Assembly: GCF_902459465.1 (NCBI RefSeq)
Contig: NC_047065.1
Location: 7,006,001-7,070,000, forward strand
DNA from: Asterias rubens
Lineage: Eukaryota
Length of the DNA stretch: 64,000 bases
Direction of reading: 5' to 3'
Shown here: piece after piece, positions 10,763-23,214 of the stretch
How positions within the stretch are numbered: the stretch's first letter is position 1
Layout of the letters: each line of letters starts with the position of its first letter
Made by a program: the position numbers and the translations under genes
Notes under the pieces: generated by a model
The model's database searches: none
What the model saw: only the letters and a program-made list of their open reading frames with translations
Told to the model about the DNA's origin: nothing

Positions 10763-11589
10763 ACCATTATGCCTACTATATATTGTTTGTTAAAAAGTGT
10801 ATAGGTGTTGTCTTATCATGCTAAAAAAAAAAAATCCCGGAGAATTTTGTTTAAAAAAATCAACAACTTAATGTTTTACTTAGAAATTAGAAAACCAAAT
10901 GAGTTGTTTTGCCAAATAAATACACCGAAGACCACTCGTTATCAATCCTTTACCAGGAGCTCCAATGCAAAAAAGAATTTTATGAAATCATGCAATACAC
11001 TAATGACCATCTGAGTAGACGATTTGCTGAAAATAGATACACATTGAATCATTCAAATAAGTCTCCCGAATTCAGAAAAATCTACTCCGCATAATAGAAT
11101 ATATAGCACGACAACAGAATACTATCTACCGCAGAAAGTAGACACTCTTGGTGTTACCATAAACCATTAATACCTCACGATGCAATGCCTCAAATCCCAT
11201 CTAATCATATTTGATTAAACAATAACATGGTTTACGATAGAAACAAGCATTTCACAGTCCCTGAATACTGAATCAACGATGCGACCACAGATTGAGCAAT
11301 TTAAAACTGAATAAAACAAACTGTGACTGTTGTAAAATGTAGTCAATGTTTGAAAAGGTATTTGTTTATTTGTGTGTGGGTCGCAGAGTTAATGCTCAAT
11401 TGGATATTCTTTTTATCAACAAAGTCTGTCGAGAGTTCGATTAACTTGTTCCATCTTAGAGTAAATAAAAAACCGAATCCGCCCGATGATAGAGCAGAAA
11501 CATATTTCAATTGAACTCCAAACTCTAGAACTCTAGTCAATCCCCCCGGAGCTTTGGTTGGTAGATTAGGTACTTATTACCAAAACCTA

Positions 11590-12360
11590 TCAAGCTTCAT
11601 TCAGGTTTAAAATAACTTTGTGTAGTGTTCATAAAATAAAATGAGTACATTTGCTCAAGTCTCACCTGATATGTGAGCTTGTTACTAAAACAAAGGTCTA
11701 AGATGAGGGAATGATTGGTGAGTTTTTGACATTAATTAAAGTTACTTGACACTATTAGTAATTGTCAAAGGCTAGTCTTCACAATTGGTGTAACTCAACA
11801 TACAAAAAAGTATGCATAAAATAACAAACCTGTGAAAATTTTGACTCAATCGGTCGTCGAAGTTGCGAGATATTAATGAAAAAAATGTGACAAAAACCTG
11901 TAATGCTTCATTCAGGTTTTAAATAACTCTGTGTAGTGTTCATAAAATGAATAAATGTGCTCAAGTCTTATCTAATTATGTGAGCTTGTTACTAAGCAGA
12001 GGTCTAACATGAAGGAATGATTGATGAGTTTTTGACATTAATTAAAGTTACTTGACACTATTGGTAATTGTCAAAGGCTAATTTTCACAGTTGGTGTAAC
12101 TCAACATATGCATAAAATAACAAACCTGTGAAAATTTTAACTCAATCGGTCGTCGAAGTTGCGCGATATTAATGAAAGAAAAAAACACCCTTGTCGCACC
12201 ATGGTCACAAGAAGTTGCTTGATTTCGAGACCTCAAAATTCTAAATCTGAGGTATCGAAATCAAATTCTTGGAAAATTACTTCTTTTTCGGAAACTACGT
12301 CACTTCAGAGGAAGTTGTTTCTCACAAAGGTCTAACATGAAGGAATGATTTGTGAGTTTT
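11590..12360. repeat. Tandem duplication (~310 bp unit) including flank plus the left part of a family A MITE
   Basis: gcttcattcaggttt...ggtctaa(g/c)atga..gaatgattg.tgagtttttgacattaattaaagttacttgacactatt occurs twice; a third ggtctaacatgaaggaatgatt at ~12329. Confidence 0.88.
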
Positions 12361-12781
12361 CAGCATATAACTAATAAGCAGGTTTCTTAGCAAACCTTTA
12401 AATGTAAGCCGAGCACTTTTTGCAAACATTCAAAAATATACATTATTTTCTGCTGGACTCAAAGTTTACTTTTAGCAACAAAGTATAATCAATCAACGAT
12501 GGACCTCTCTTTTCTCAATTCATTTGTAACAACATCACAAGTTTAGTTTACAATAATCCGCAGTTTGAACAGCGTTACCAACGCTGTATCTCAAATTGAA
12601 TCAAGAAGAATAAGTAAACCATTACAAGTTGGGAAATAGTTAAATATTTGTTATATTGTTGTTGAAGACATCATATTAAGGACCGAGTAAAATAGTGAAA
12701 CCAATGAAGACTAACATAGGTACATAGAGTAAATAGCTTGCAAGAAGAAGAGACAGATTATCCAGCATGGTACATGTTTAA

Positions 12782-13145
12782 AGCCACCAACACTTTCGGC
12801 ACAGACAAAATAAAAATCACAGATTTACCAATAACTTACAGGGTTTACAGAAGGTAATGGTGAAAGACTTCTCTTGAAATATTGTTCCATGAAATGCTTT
12901 ACTTTTCGAGAAAACTTTAAAACAATTATCAATTTTCGTTGTCGAGAATTACAGATTTATTTAAAACACTTGTCATGACACGGCGAAACGTGCGGAAACA
13001 AGGGTGGGTTTCCCCCGTTATTTTCTCCCGACTCCGATGACCGATTGAGCCTGAATTTTCACAGGTTTGTTATTATTTATATCAGTTGCGATACACGAAG
13101 TGTGGGCTTTTGGAAAATACTGTTAACCGAAAGTGTCCAATGGCT
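12782..13145. mobile_element. Kolobok MITE family C (364 bp)
   Basis: TTAA|AGCCACCAACACTTTCGG ... GTGTCCAATGGCT|TTAA. Confidence 0.9.
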
Positions 13146-14229
13146 TTAACCAGAATCGTGAAAAAAAAAACATAAAGTGGACATACTACAGCTGCATGTT
13201 AACTAGAGCAGCAACTCAATGAATCCTGATAAGTAAGAATTTCATTCATCGCAAGGTTTAGCTATACTTCCGGATTTTAGGCTTCAATGGCGCGGTACAC
13301 CTTTGTGTGTCATCTACCAAATGCATTCCTTGTTGTAGTACACTGGCAGAAAGTGGCAATTCTGGAAAGATCTTGCGTCTAATGCAAAATATCGACAGGG
13401 CCATAAAGGCTCTGCTTACCGCCGAATTCTGTGCTTACGATCACCATTCGCCGCTGACCAGAAAGGGCCGAATTTCTGCGATAGCTGTGTTAGCGTTAAA
13501 ATGCAAAGTAACGTGGAAACCGCTAGCGCAGAGGTCACAATTCCCCACTAACCCCTGAAATACGCTTGACGTAAGCACATAATTCCATGCTTCCGTAAGT
13601 GCCGATTCGTTGTTTACAGTCAACAGGGCCATCAAATTGGGCCCAGATTTCGTCACAGTCAATACACCAGTCAATACAAATGCTATTATGGGCTTCTAGT
13701 CCAGTACCGTTGAGTTGAGATAGCTTACGTATAGTAAATGTGGCTCAAGTGGAATGACGTCACACTTACGAATATGAAACGCGCCCCACTTGATCTTCTC
13801 TAATATTATCTGCGATTCAGCAGCAACTGACATATAGGAAGGGCCGTATATCAGACAATAAATGACTGACACGTTTTCCCCACTGCGACCGAGTTAGACC
13901 ATAACTCCCCAACATTAATTGCATCATGAATCTTGTCTCCTGGAAATTAGCTGCATTTCGAACCAGACGTATACACAAGGTCGCTCCTATTAAGTTTCGT
14001 TTCTATAAAGGACGAGTTATTTACGATCAACCGAGTTGTGGTATCTAGCAATCAGATTTGAGTTGTGGTCTCAGGGCCTTGGAGACGGACGGTCACGGCT
14101 CAGCAAAATGTTTTTCCCGCCAATAAATTACATTGGGACTGTGATTGAGGAAAAGGGGATGAGTCTGATGGATATCGAAGCTGAAGTGAGTTTGAAGGGG
14201 AAAAGGAAATACAAACATGTCTCAAATAT

Positions 14230-14398
14230 ATTAATTCTAATTTTGGTTATGTATCCATACACCGATGTGTGTTAGCACTGTATACTCAGTACTTTCCCGA
14301 GTCCTGTGCAAAAACAATATCACAGGCATATTACTCTCGAGTGGGATTTGAACCCACGACCCTCGCAATTCTAGAGCAGTGTCTTACAACTAGACTAC
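14230..14398 (-). mobile_element. tRNA-derived SINE (third family); fragments also at ~32290-32365 (+) and ~44220-44340 (-)
   Basis: B box GGGTTCAAATCCC (14355-14343) and tRNA-like head; shared body ctgagtatacagtgctaacacacatcggtgtatgg. Confidence 0.75.
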
Positions 14399-14439
14399 TC
14401 AAATAATACAGAAGTCTGGATTGTAATAAGAAATCGAAA

Positions 14440-16080
14440 GTTTAAAAACAGACCTCAGTTTACAATGATAAGTCATGATTCAGTGAACCACAGAGTGAAA
14501 AAGGCCACCGCCAGGATATTAATTAACACGCCTAGAGTGAAAAAGTACCAGTGAACAAGAAAACCCTTAAAAACAGTGTCAGTTATCAGGATTCATATAA
14601 AAAACTCTTATTGGAAAAATACCCCATTTAGACTTCAAAAAGAAACCTTTAAGAAGAAACAATACCTTAGTTATCAGTAATCACATTTGGGAAAACCCAG
14701 GGTGAAAGAATATTTTACAACCGGCATTTATAAACCTACTAATGACAAAATACCTCAGTTATCATGATTCACAAAAGAACCCCTGGAAGGAACACGCTTC
14801 CTTGTATCGGTCGAGTTGGTCTTTTAAAAGCGTTTGTAACCGTTTGTTACAAAATGGATATGAAAAGAAAGATATTTCTAAAGTAGAATATTATGATCCA
14901 CACAAGGATCAGTCAAAATTGCGTGGTTTTCCTTGTAACTCGTCGACAAACACGGTCGGCAATTTATGGGAGTTAACTTTTGACTCCCACAATTGACCGA
15001 CCGTGTTTGTTCGCAAAGTACAAGGGGAAACCACGCAATTTCGAGGTAAATGTGTGTGGATCATTGTATTCTACTTTAAAAACATCTTTCTAACCATATG
15101 CGTTTTATAACAAACGCTTTTCAAAGACCAACTCGACCGATCCAAGGCAATGTGTTCCTTTGATGAAAACAAGACTTCACTCAGAATCAAAATTTAAAAA
15201 AAACCTTAAGAAAAGAATACCTCGTTATCAGGATTTACGTTTAGGAAGTTCAAAGTGATTTCACGTTAGGAAACATGAAGTGCAACGGGACCTCAGTCAG
15301 GAAAGCCCATAGTGGAAAAATACCTCAGTATTAGCAAGATTCACATTCAGGAAACCCAAAGTGAATTCACGTTAGGAAACATGAAGTGCAACGGGACCTC
15401 AGTCAGGAAAACCCATAGTGGAAAAATACCTCAGTATTAGCAAGATTCACATTCAGGAAACCCAAAGTGGATTCAGATTATGAAAACCCAACGTGCAAAA
15501 GGACCTAAGTCAGGAAAACCCATATTCACATTTAGGAAAACCAAAGTGGATTAGATTAGGAAACCCAACGTACAAAAGGACCTCAGTCAGGAAAACCCAT
15601 AGTGAAACAATACCTCAGTATTAGCAAGATTCACATTTAGGAAACCCAAAGTGGATTCAGAGTAGGAAAACCCAACGTGCAAAAGGACCTAAGTCAGGAA
15701 AACCCATATTCACATTTAGGAAAACCAAAGTGGATTAGATTAGGTAACCCAACGTACAAAAGGACCTCAGTCAGGAAAACCCATAGTGAAATAACACCTC
15801 AGTTGTGGCAAATTCACACTCAGGAAACTCAAAGTGAATTCAGATTATGAAAACCCAACCTGCAAAAGGACCTCAATCAGGAAAACATATAGTGACAAAA
15901 TACCTCAGTATTAGCAAGATTCACATTTAGGAAACCCAAAGTGGATTCACAGGGAAACCAAAAGTGCATATAGGCTATCAGTCAGTTAATACCATAGGAA
16001 AATGTTATCGTTGCTGTCAGGATTCACTTTTCAAAAACCCGAAGTGAAAAGAAGACTCAGTCATGATTCAAAATAGGAAA
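14440..16080. repeat. Hierarchical minisatellite: homogenised core 15250-15960 (107-bp and ~78-bp units built from ~26-bp subunits) with degenerate flanks
   Basis: Recurring aggaaaccca(a/t)(a/c)gtg subunits; ggacctcagtcaggaaaacccata occurs 7 times. Confidence 0.9.
14788..15159. mobile_element. Family B foldback MITE inserted in the degenerate minisatellite flank
   Basis: AGGAACACG ... TGTGTTCCT; homologous to 2159-2541. Confidence 0.9.
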
Positions 16081-17172
16081 GGGAAGAAGGTACATAATCT
16101 GTGATAAACTTGACATTGCGAACATAAGAGAAAATCGCGTTGTTAGATTTAATGAATCGTTTTGTTCGATCTATCTCTCTGAACCCTCTAGTCAAAATCA
16201 TTTCAGAGGAAATGAAATATCGTCACCCCCCCCCCCCCCCCCTTCCCCATACCTATACCCTTATTGGCAGGAAGAGCGCATCACTGAGCAAAAACACACC
16301 GGGATATGAATTTAATTTTGCCCTGAAAATGACGCACAAATCTTCCTTTCTCGTGATCATGAAAGTGTTTGAAATCAACGGCAGCTACCGGCATACTGTC
16401 GGTCAGACAACGCTTGTTATCGGTGCATCTCCCACTTTGTAAAACTACCTAGTGGATCGCTAAACCTTTGCATAGCGAAGATCCTTCTTGCGGCCACCCT
16501 TGTAATTTGTTAAGTCTTTCCTTCTAAAAGCAGACTTGATGAATATTTTCTTGAGGAATTCTATCGTGGTATTTCCACTTCCTCCTCGACGAAATCAAAA
16601 GCCCGTGACCTGCCGTCACGGCACGATTTGTGAGTGACTAGACCGAGCGACCACCAGAGGCTTCGTCTCTACAAACGCTCTGGAAATTAAATAACAGAAG
16701 AGGGGGTGGAAAAGAGACGGACAGGGGCGTAGGGATTTGACTCTCACCAAGGAATTAGAAGGATCTTTGGAAAATGAATCAACAGTTTGAAACGTGATGT
16801 CTAGTTGGTGAAGGATGGGGGAAATTGCGATATGCTTGGAGGGGATTTGTTGAACTTTTTCACTGCGAGATTGGTGTCCCTTGTTGATCAAAGTGTTTGC
16901 TTATAATGTGCCTGTGAGAATTTTAAAACTACTGGATGTAATTGCAAAAATGGTTCAGCACGAAGGATGACATTGCCGTAGTGTAAATCATTCAGTAATA
17001 TTATTCATTGATCATATCTATGGTTTGTGGTGACATCTACCTGTCAAGTTGTTCTTTAGAGAAATGTCTTGATTTTTAGAATTCGGGAGACTTCTCAATT
17101 CTGAAAAGAGCTGTCCCGCTTTTTTAACCTGCTGGGGTGAAGGTAGAATATCAGTCTTAATAATATACTTAA

Positions 17173-17549
17173 AGGGAAGGTACACTATTGGCAATTGTGA
17201 AAGACCAGTGTTCTCACTTGGTGTATCTCAAAGTATACATAACATAAACAAAAAACTGTGAAAATTTGAGCTCAATTGGTCATCGAAGTTGGGAGAAAAT
17301 GATGAAAGAAAAAACACACTTGTTGGACGAATTTTTTTGCTTTCGGATAGGAAACAAAAGACTTCTAGCTAGAAGTCTTTTAATATTTTTTTAGTGAGAA
17401 ATTACCTCTTTTTTCCAAAAACTACGTTACTTTAGAGGGAGTCATTTCCCACAATGTTTTATACTATCAACAGCTCTCCAATGCTACTTATACCAAGTCA
17501 GTTTTTGAGTTAATATTTGTTTTAAGTAATTACCAAACGTGCGTACCCT
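17173..17549. mobile_element. Kolobok MITE family E (377 bp)
   Basis: TTAA|AGGGAAGGTACAC ... GTGCGTACCCT|TTAT; internal perfect 26-bp palindrome at 17356-17381. Confidence 0.88.
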
Positions 17550-17615
17550 TTATTAACATACTTCAGCTTTTAGTGGATCGTTATTAACTTCACTACCGCA
17601 AATCAGTTCTCAGTT

Positions 17616-17770
17616 GGTCTCAGTGACGTTTCGACTAACATGCTCTAGTCTAAAAAACAAGACAGTTCTCTCAAGAACAACATCTACCTAGCAGGTAGAT
17701 ATACAATACCACAAACCACATTTATATTAATACCATGCAATGCCTCGAATCCCATAACGTATCCTATTTT
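17616..17770 (-). mobile_element. Penelope-like non-autonomous fragment with a truncated hammerhead (stem II-GAAA-CGUC)
   Basis: The minus strand reads gactagagcatgttagtcGAAAcgtcactgagacc; body caagacagttctct..gaac...gatgcctc.aatc is shared with 51225-51340 and partly with 11110-11200. Confidence 0.6.
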
Positions 17771-17871
17771 CATTTATCCGGAGAGAATACTTTGCAGATG
17801 ATAGTTAGGTTCTTGAACACGACACATTCGCTGAACATATTCAGGAAAGCATTTTTAACAGCAGTTTTAAA

Positions 17872-18255
17872 AGCCACTGGACACTATCGATAATTTTCCA
17901 AAGACTAGTCTTCACAGTCGGTGTATCTCAACATAATGCATAAAATAACAAACCTGTGAAAAATTTGAGCTCAATCGGTCGCCGAAGTGCCGCGAGATGT
18001 TATTGAAAGAAAACAAAAACCTTGTCACACGAAGTTGTGTGCTTTCAGATGCTCGATTTCGAGACCACAATGTTTAAATCTGAGGTCTCGAAATCAAATT
18101 CGTGTATAATTACTTCTTTCTCGAAAACTACGTCACTTCAGAGGGAGCTGTTTCTCACAATTTTTTATACTATAAACCTCTCCCCATTACTCGTAATCAA
18201 GAAAGGTTTTATTAAAAAAATTATTTTGAGTAATTACCGATAGTGTCCACTGCCT
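17872..18255. mobile_element. Kolobok MITE family A
   Basis: TTAA..AGCCACTGGACACTAT ... ATAGTGTCCACTGCCT|TTAA; internal hairpin intact. Confidence 0.9.
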
Positions 18256-19829
18256 TTAAAAGAAGTTCAAACCAAAATGATTTGTCCACAGACTCCCAGA
18301 AGCTAATGAACTTTGCTTTGTTTGGTTAAAGCATGAGTGATTATGTTATGTGAAATCAGAACAGAATATTGACTTACCCCGTCGCACACGAAATAATATC
18401 CCAAGAGAGATAAATTATTCATATTAGTATCTGTGATTGGTTTTTACGTTGAGTCTGAATTCAGTACTGACAAATTATTCCAACGCAATCACAACATGCT
18501 CAGCAACAATATTCCCTCCCAATTCAAACCATTCTCTTGGGACATAAAATTGAAAGTTATATTTTCATTATGACGAGTCAGCCCCCCCCCAAAAAAAAAA
18601 AAAAAAAAAGCACACAAAAACACAAAATTTAGTTCGATAAAAGGTCTTGTTAAACATGGTGTCAGTAATGAATTCCAATATGGCCGAAAACGGACGAGGG
18701 AAATGGCGGTCACGTTGAAATCATTAAGTCATTGAACGGAAGGTTGTAAAAAAGTCATCAACATTCTACGGAAATCAGTCGTCAACAGCGCCAGCATCGG
18801 CTAAAAATCGATAGGGACATTTCCCTCTTTCCTCCAATTCGGTTTCAACTAATCGATAGTAGGATTGGGGACAAATCAAGCCCATTTCCCGTCCATAACT
18901 GAATCAAGGTTTCACATGGAATTCCCCGAAGGAAAAGGAAATGCTAAGTTTTTTTTGCAGTAAGTGAATCGGCCACCCTCAAGTGCATAAGAGTCCTTTT
19001 GGGACATTATAATAAAACCATACCATTTGGCAACCGTCATTTCTTGTCTCAATATTACTATTATTGTTTATTATCATCATTTTATTTGCCATAACAGTAC
19101 AAAACAAAATACAAGACAATTATACCCCAGGATGGGCAAGGGACAACAAAAGCAAATAAACACTGTGATCTGTAGATCTGTTGCCCCACATCTGGGGTAC
19201 ACAATAAAATCAATATAGATTTAACATAACATAGTACACAAAGCAATAATAAAATCAGAAAATTATACAGTCTATGCTAGTCCTATACCGAAGGATAAAC
19301 GACTTGATAGCAATCCAACAGTCTTTCAGGTGGTTGTATTCCACCATTCCAGGGGTGGACCCATTTATGTTTGCAGGGGTGGGGTCAGCTGTGTCAACCA
19401 ATATTAGTATTACCACGTGAACGCTTAAAGCCCGTTTGCGTGTACGAGTCACTGAGAAATTCCGTGGAGACAGCGGACTAGTCTATGTTGTAAATAATCC
19501 AGCGAGTAAACTACCTTGCATAAGGCACTTGAATAATAAATTATGTTTCTCAAGGGTCCTCTCAAAGAAGTCAGGGATTTTAACTAAGTTCATACTGCAG
19601 AGTATACAAAAAGCATAATCAGCCAGTTGCTAACTGACATTGTAGTTAAACATTGAGATTGTCCATATTTGGTGATACTAAAATTAAAGTGACAACATCG
19701 GATTGACTACTGCGTCACTACTTAAAGTATCATTCATATGCCTAACTATTGCTCCACTGTCAAATTTTCCATTTTGATAATCGGCCGACATTGTAGAAAC
19801 TCGTGTCAAGTATTGGAATGTCTGCTTGA

Positions 19830-20029
19830 AGGCAGTGGACACTTTTGGTAATTACTCAAAATAATTATTATGTTAAAACCTTTCTTGATACGAGTAATGG
19901 GGTGAGGTTGATAGTGTAAAACTCCTTCTGAAGTGAGGTCTTGAAATCAATCTTCTGAAAGCACACAACTTCGTGTGACAAGGGTGGGTTTTTTCCATTG
20001 TTATCTCGCAACTTCGACGTCCAGTGTCT
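19830..20029. mobile_element. Family A MITE, internally deleted
   Basis: AGGCAGTGGACAC start; deletion junction at the hairpin (ctgaagt|gaggtcttgaaatc). Confidence 0.8.
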
Positions 20030-20703
20030 TAAGGCAGCCTGTGTGAGTGGTGGAAAAGGGTAACGGAAGAATTGGTAGAATCTTAATGTACATCAGCTGA
20101 GAAAGTATAAATCTCCATTATATTTGATCACCCATACCTAGGTTGAATCAGAGTAAGCTCCCATTCTGTAGTTCGATCATCCAATACAACAGCGTAGGGA
20201 AACCAAACACTATACAAGAGTCTCTTGGTCGAAGTAGTAAAAAAGAAGAAGGAATGAATAATAGCCGCCAGACGTGGTGACACCTGCATATACCGAGAAG
20301 GTTGGTATGGGGAGAGTTTGTAATAAAGAGTGTGAAGTGAATCGTGGCGTGATCAATAAATCTGTGTTTTTGATGTGGTTGGTAAAACACGCCGTGCACT
20401 AGATTCGACATTTCACACCAAAAGTATTGGTTCGGTTAGTGTTTAAAGCTTTGCAAATGCATCATTCGTTCAGGTTTTCCTGTTTTTCCTGGAAAGGCTT
20501 TAACTTTAAAACAGAGAATCTCTTAAATCTTTAACACCCTTCTTTTCAGGCACGCAAAATGTTCAGGAATGCCACGGTGTTCTTTATAGAACTCTTTTAG
20601 CCTCAGTATAGAATCATGTAGGTTGTTCAGTTAATATGTTCAATTGCTTGAAGATCCCGTTGTCGCCGCCGATTCTCCCCCTCTTTCTCACTTGCAACAG
20701 GCG

Positions 20704-20878
20704 TCTGTGCGGCACCTAAATGTAGCCCGAGCCCTAAATGTAGCCTGACCTAAATGTAGCCCCAAACATGTACCTAGATGTAGCCCGGACCTAAATGTAG
20801 ACCCAAACATGTACCTAGATGTAGCCCGGACCTAAATGTAGACCCAAACATATTCCTAAATGTAGCCCGGACCTAAAT
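20704..20878. repeat. Mobile minisatellite: gtgcggcacc end plus 41-bp dimer repeats (cctaaatgtagacccaaacatgtacctagatgtagcccgga)
   Basis: About 3 dimer copies plus monomers; homologous at 48004-48081, 54100-54620 and 59517-59628. Confidence 0.85.
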
Positions 20879-21532
20879 TTCCCTATTCTTTGAAAACATT
20901 TTAAGTGAATTTCAGCAAAGTTTACGACTTGACATTTTCGTTCAAGCAGGTCTTTAGCTTTGCCAATCTATATGATCCATCTAAGATGAAAAGCGGTCTT
21001 TAATTCCGCCAAGTGGGTTCAGTAAATAAAAGCACTGAATGTCTACATGGTTTTCCGGTCTATTTGGCGATGCTCAGTAATATTAATGTGGTGTCTGATT
21101 GCATGACAGACATTTTGCGCACAGTAATGTTTGCTGGAACGTCGTCTGGATTGTTGCTGATTGTTATTTTGGAAACAGGTAATCCGTCGCAACTCAGACA
21201 GGGTTTGGGTTTCGGAAAACACTTCCAATATTGGCAAAATCAGCTTGTGCTTTAGAAAATAACAGACATAAAATAAAAGATGTATACCGACCGCGGTAAA
21301 CAGTGTAAACAAACGACAAGGGAAAGCCACCAAAAGCGCAAAGCTTCAAAACACTGAAGCTATATAAACATGACCATGGAAACTCTTTTCTCTTTTTTTC
21401 TGATTTAAAAACATCCAGGACATCATTATTCTTATATGAGGCTATTGAGTGGAAGCTTGCTCCAGAGGTGCAGAACAGTACACTCCAAGACTCGAACCCA
21501 AAGAGCAGCTTTACCTTAACAAGGGTGGTTAA

Positions 21533-21905
21533 AGACACTGGACACAACTGGCAATTGTTAAAGATTGGTCTGCTCACTTAATGTATCTCAACATATGCAT
21601 AAAATAACAAACCTGTGAAAATTTGAACTCAGTTGGTCGTCAAAGATGCGAGAAAATAATGGAAGAAAAAGCGCCATTGACACACGAAGTTTTGCGCTTT
21701 CAGATGCTTGATTTCGGGGCTTAAAACCTTATTCTGAGGTCTCGAAATCAAATTCATGGAAAATTACTTTTTTTCTCAGAAAACCAAGTTACTTCAGAGC
21801 GAGTTGTTTCTCACAATGTTTTATACTATCAACGGCTCTCCATTGCTTTTTACCGAGTAAGTTGTTATGTAAGCTTTTATTTTGAGTAATATTGTTACCA
21901 ATAGC
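21533..21905. mobile_element. Kolobok MITE family A (right end eroded)
   Basis: TTAA|AGACACTGGACAC; collinear body. Confidence 0.85.
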
Positions 21906-22165
21906 TGCAGTAACGTGACTGGAACGTGACTGGAACGTGACTGGAACTTGACAGAGACAAACTTGACAGAGACAAGTTTTGTGGGTGACAAGTTTTGTGG
22001 GTAGTAATTTCCTCCTGAAACTGACGCAGTGTCTGAATCACGTGGCTTCGGCTTCGGCTACGGCTACGACCATTGGCTACAGCTATAGCGTTCAGGAATC
22101 GGGCTTTTAGCAATCGAGCTATAGCCACTAAACAAATCCATTACTCCAAACATGAACATGAACAT

Positions 22166-22252
22166 CTTCTCCTCATTGAACCCAAGTCTCGACACTCATG
22201 GGGTGACAGGTCTTTTTCTTCAGCCGCGCCACGCATATGGAACTCTCTACCA
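22166..22252 (+). mobile_element. L2/CR1-group LINE ORF2 C-terminal fragment
   Basis: Translates LLLIEPKSRHSWGDRSFSSAAPRIWNSLP, matching the L2-clade terminal motif GxRxFSxAAPxxWNxLP. Confidence 0.85.
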
Positions 22253-22279
22253 CTTTCTTCGATCTTGTCTTTGTACCGC

Positions 22280-22456
22280 AAAACTTCATATAGCTGCTAA
22301 AGCAAAACATAATGCTTAATAATTGAAATGAGCAGGACACCAGTAAAAAATTGTACATGCGACTTGTAGGCTAGTAAGTTTATTCTAGTAAGCAAAATTT
22401 GATAGTGCTTAGCTGATTTGGTGCTTAATATAAGCAGCTCTGTTAAATTAGGCCCT
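22280..22456. mobile_element. CWG-type Harbinger-like MITE (ttcatatagctgctaa...gcagctctgttaaattaggcc); relatives at ~52240-52365 and ~56300-56440
   Basis: Shared ends and a ctg/cag flank. Confidence 0.6.
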
Positions 22457-22539
22457 GCCAATAAGACACAACTTCTCACAGTGCAAAATCCCTCTAAAGC
22501 ATGTCAGTGTGAAAAGCTACTTTGAAGTTGTTTGATTAA

Positions 22540-22918
22540 AGGCAGTGGACAATATTGGTAATTGTCAAAGAATAGCCTTCACAGTTGGTGTATCTCAACA
22601 TAAGCATAAAATAACAAACCTGTGAAAATTTGAGCTCAATCGATCATCGAACTTGCGAGGTAATAATGAAAGAAAAAAACACCCTTCTCACACGAAGTTG
22701 TGTGCGTTTAGATGGTTGATTTCGAGACCTCAAGTTCTAAAACTGAGGTCTCGAAGTCAAATTCATGGAAAGTTACGTCTTTCTCTAAAACTATAGCACT
22801 TCAGAGGGAGCCATTTCCCACAATGTTTTATGCCATCAACCTCTCCCCATTACTCGTCACCAAGTAAGGTTTTATGCCAATAATTATTTTAAGTAATTAC
22901 CAATAGTGTCCACTGCCT
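22540..22918. mobile_element. Kolobok MITE family A, full length (379 bp)
   Basis: TTAA|AGGCAGTGGACA ... TGTCCACTGCCT|TTAA. Confidence 0.93.
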
Positions 22919-23214
22919 TTAAACCACGCGGTATTTCCAGTGATGTTTGGGGTGAAGAGATCTTTCAAAGCCACAACGGTTGTCGAAGCTCGTACCGCTG
23001 TAGATACATTGATCTATAAACACAATTACTGTCAATCACATTGGGTCATCTATCATTGTTTTAATGAACCTGTAGTCTATTGGAATTCATTGTGCGTACG
23101 GGCACATACAACTTTTGCTTTACTTTATCGGTACTCATGCTTTATCAATACAGTTTAGTCTTATGGAAAAAGGTTTTTAGCAACTCAAGATATGTTTTCG
23201 TTGTATAGCTTTAA

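Noticed and set aside
16450-16680. Minus-strand exon with a good acceptor; Penelope-like peptide scrap
   Set aside because: All three frames stop within ~65 nt, and the peptide resemblance is too weak.
18378-18430. 53-nt minus-strand exon, phase-compatible with the receptor exon
   Set aside because: It translates DTNMNNLSLLGYYFVCDG, unlike the conserved beta1-beta2 segment.
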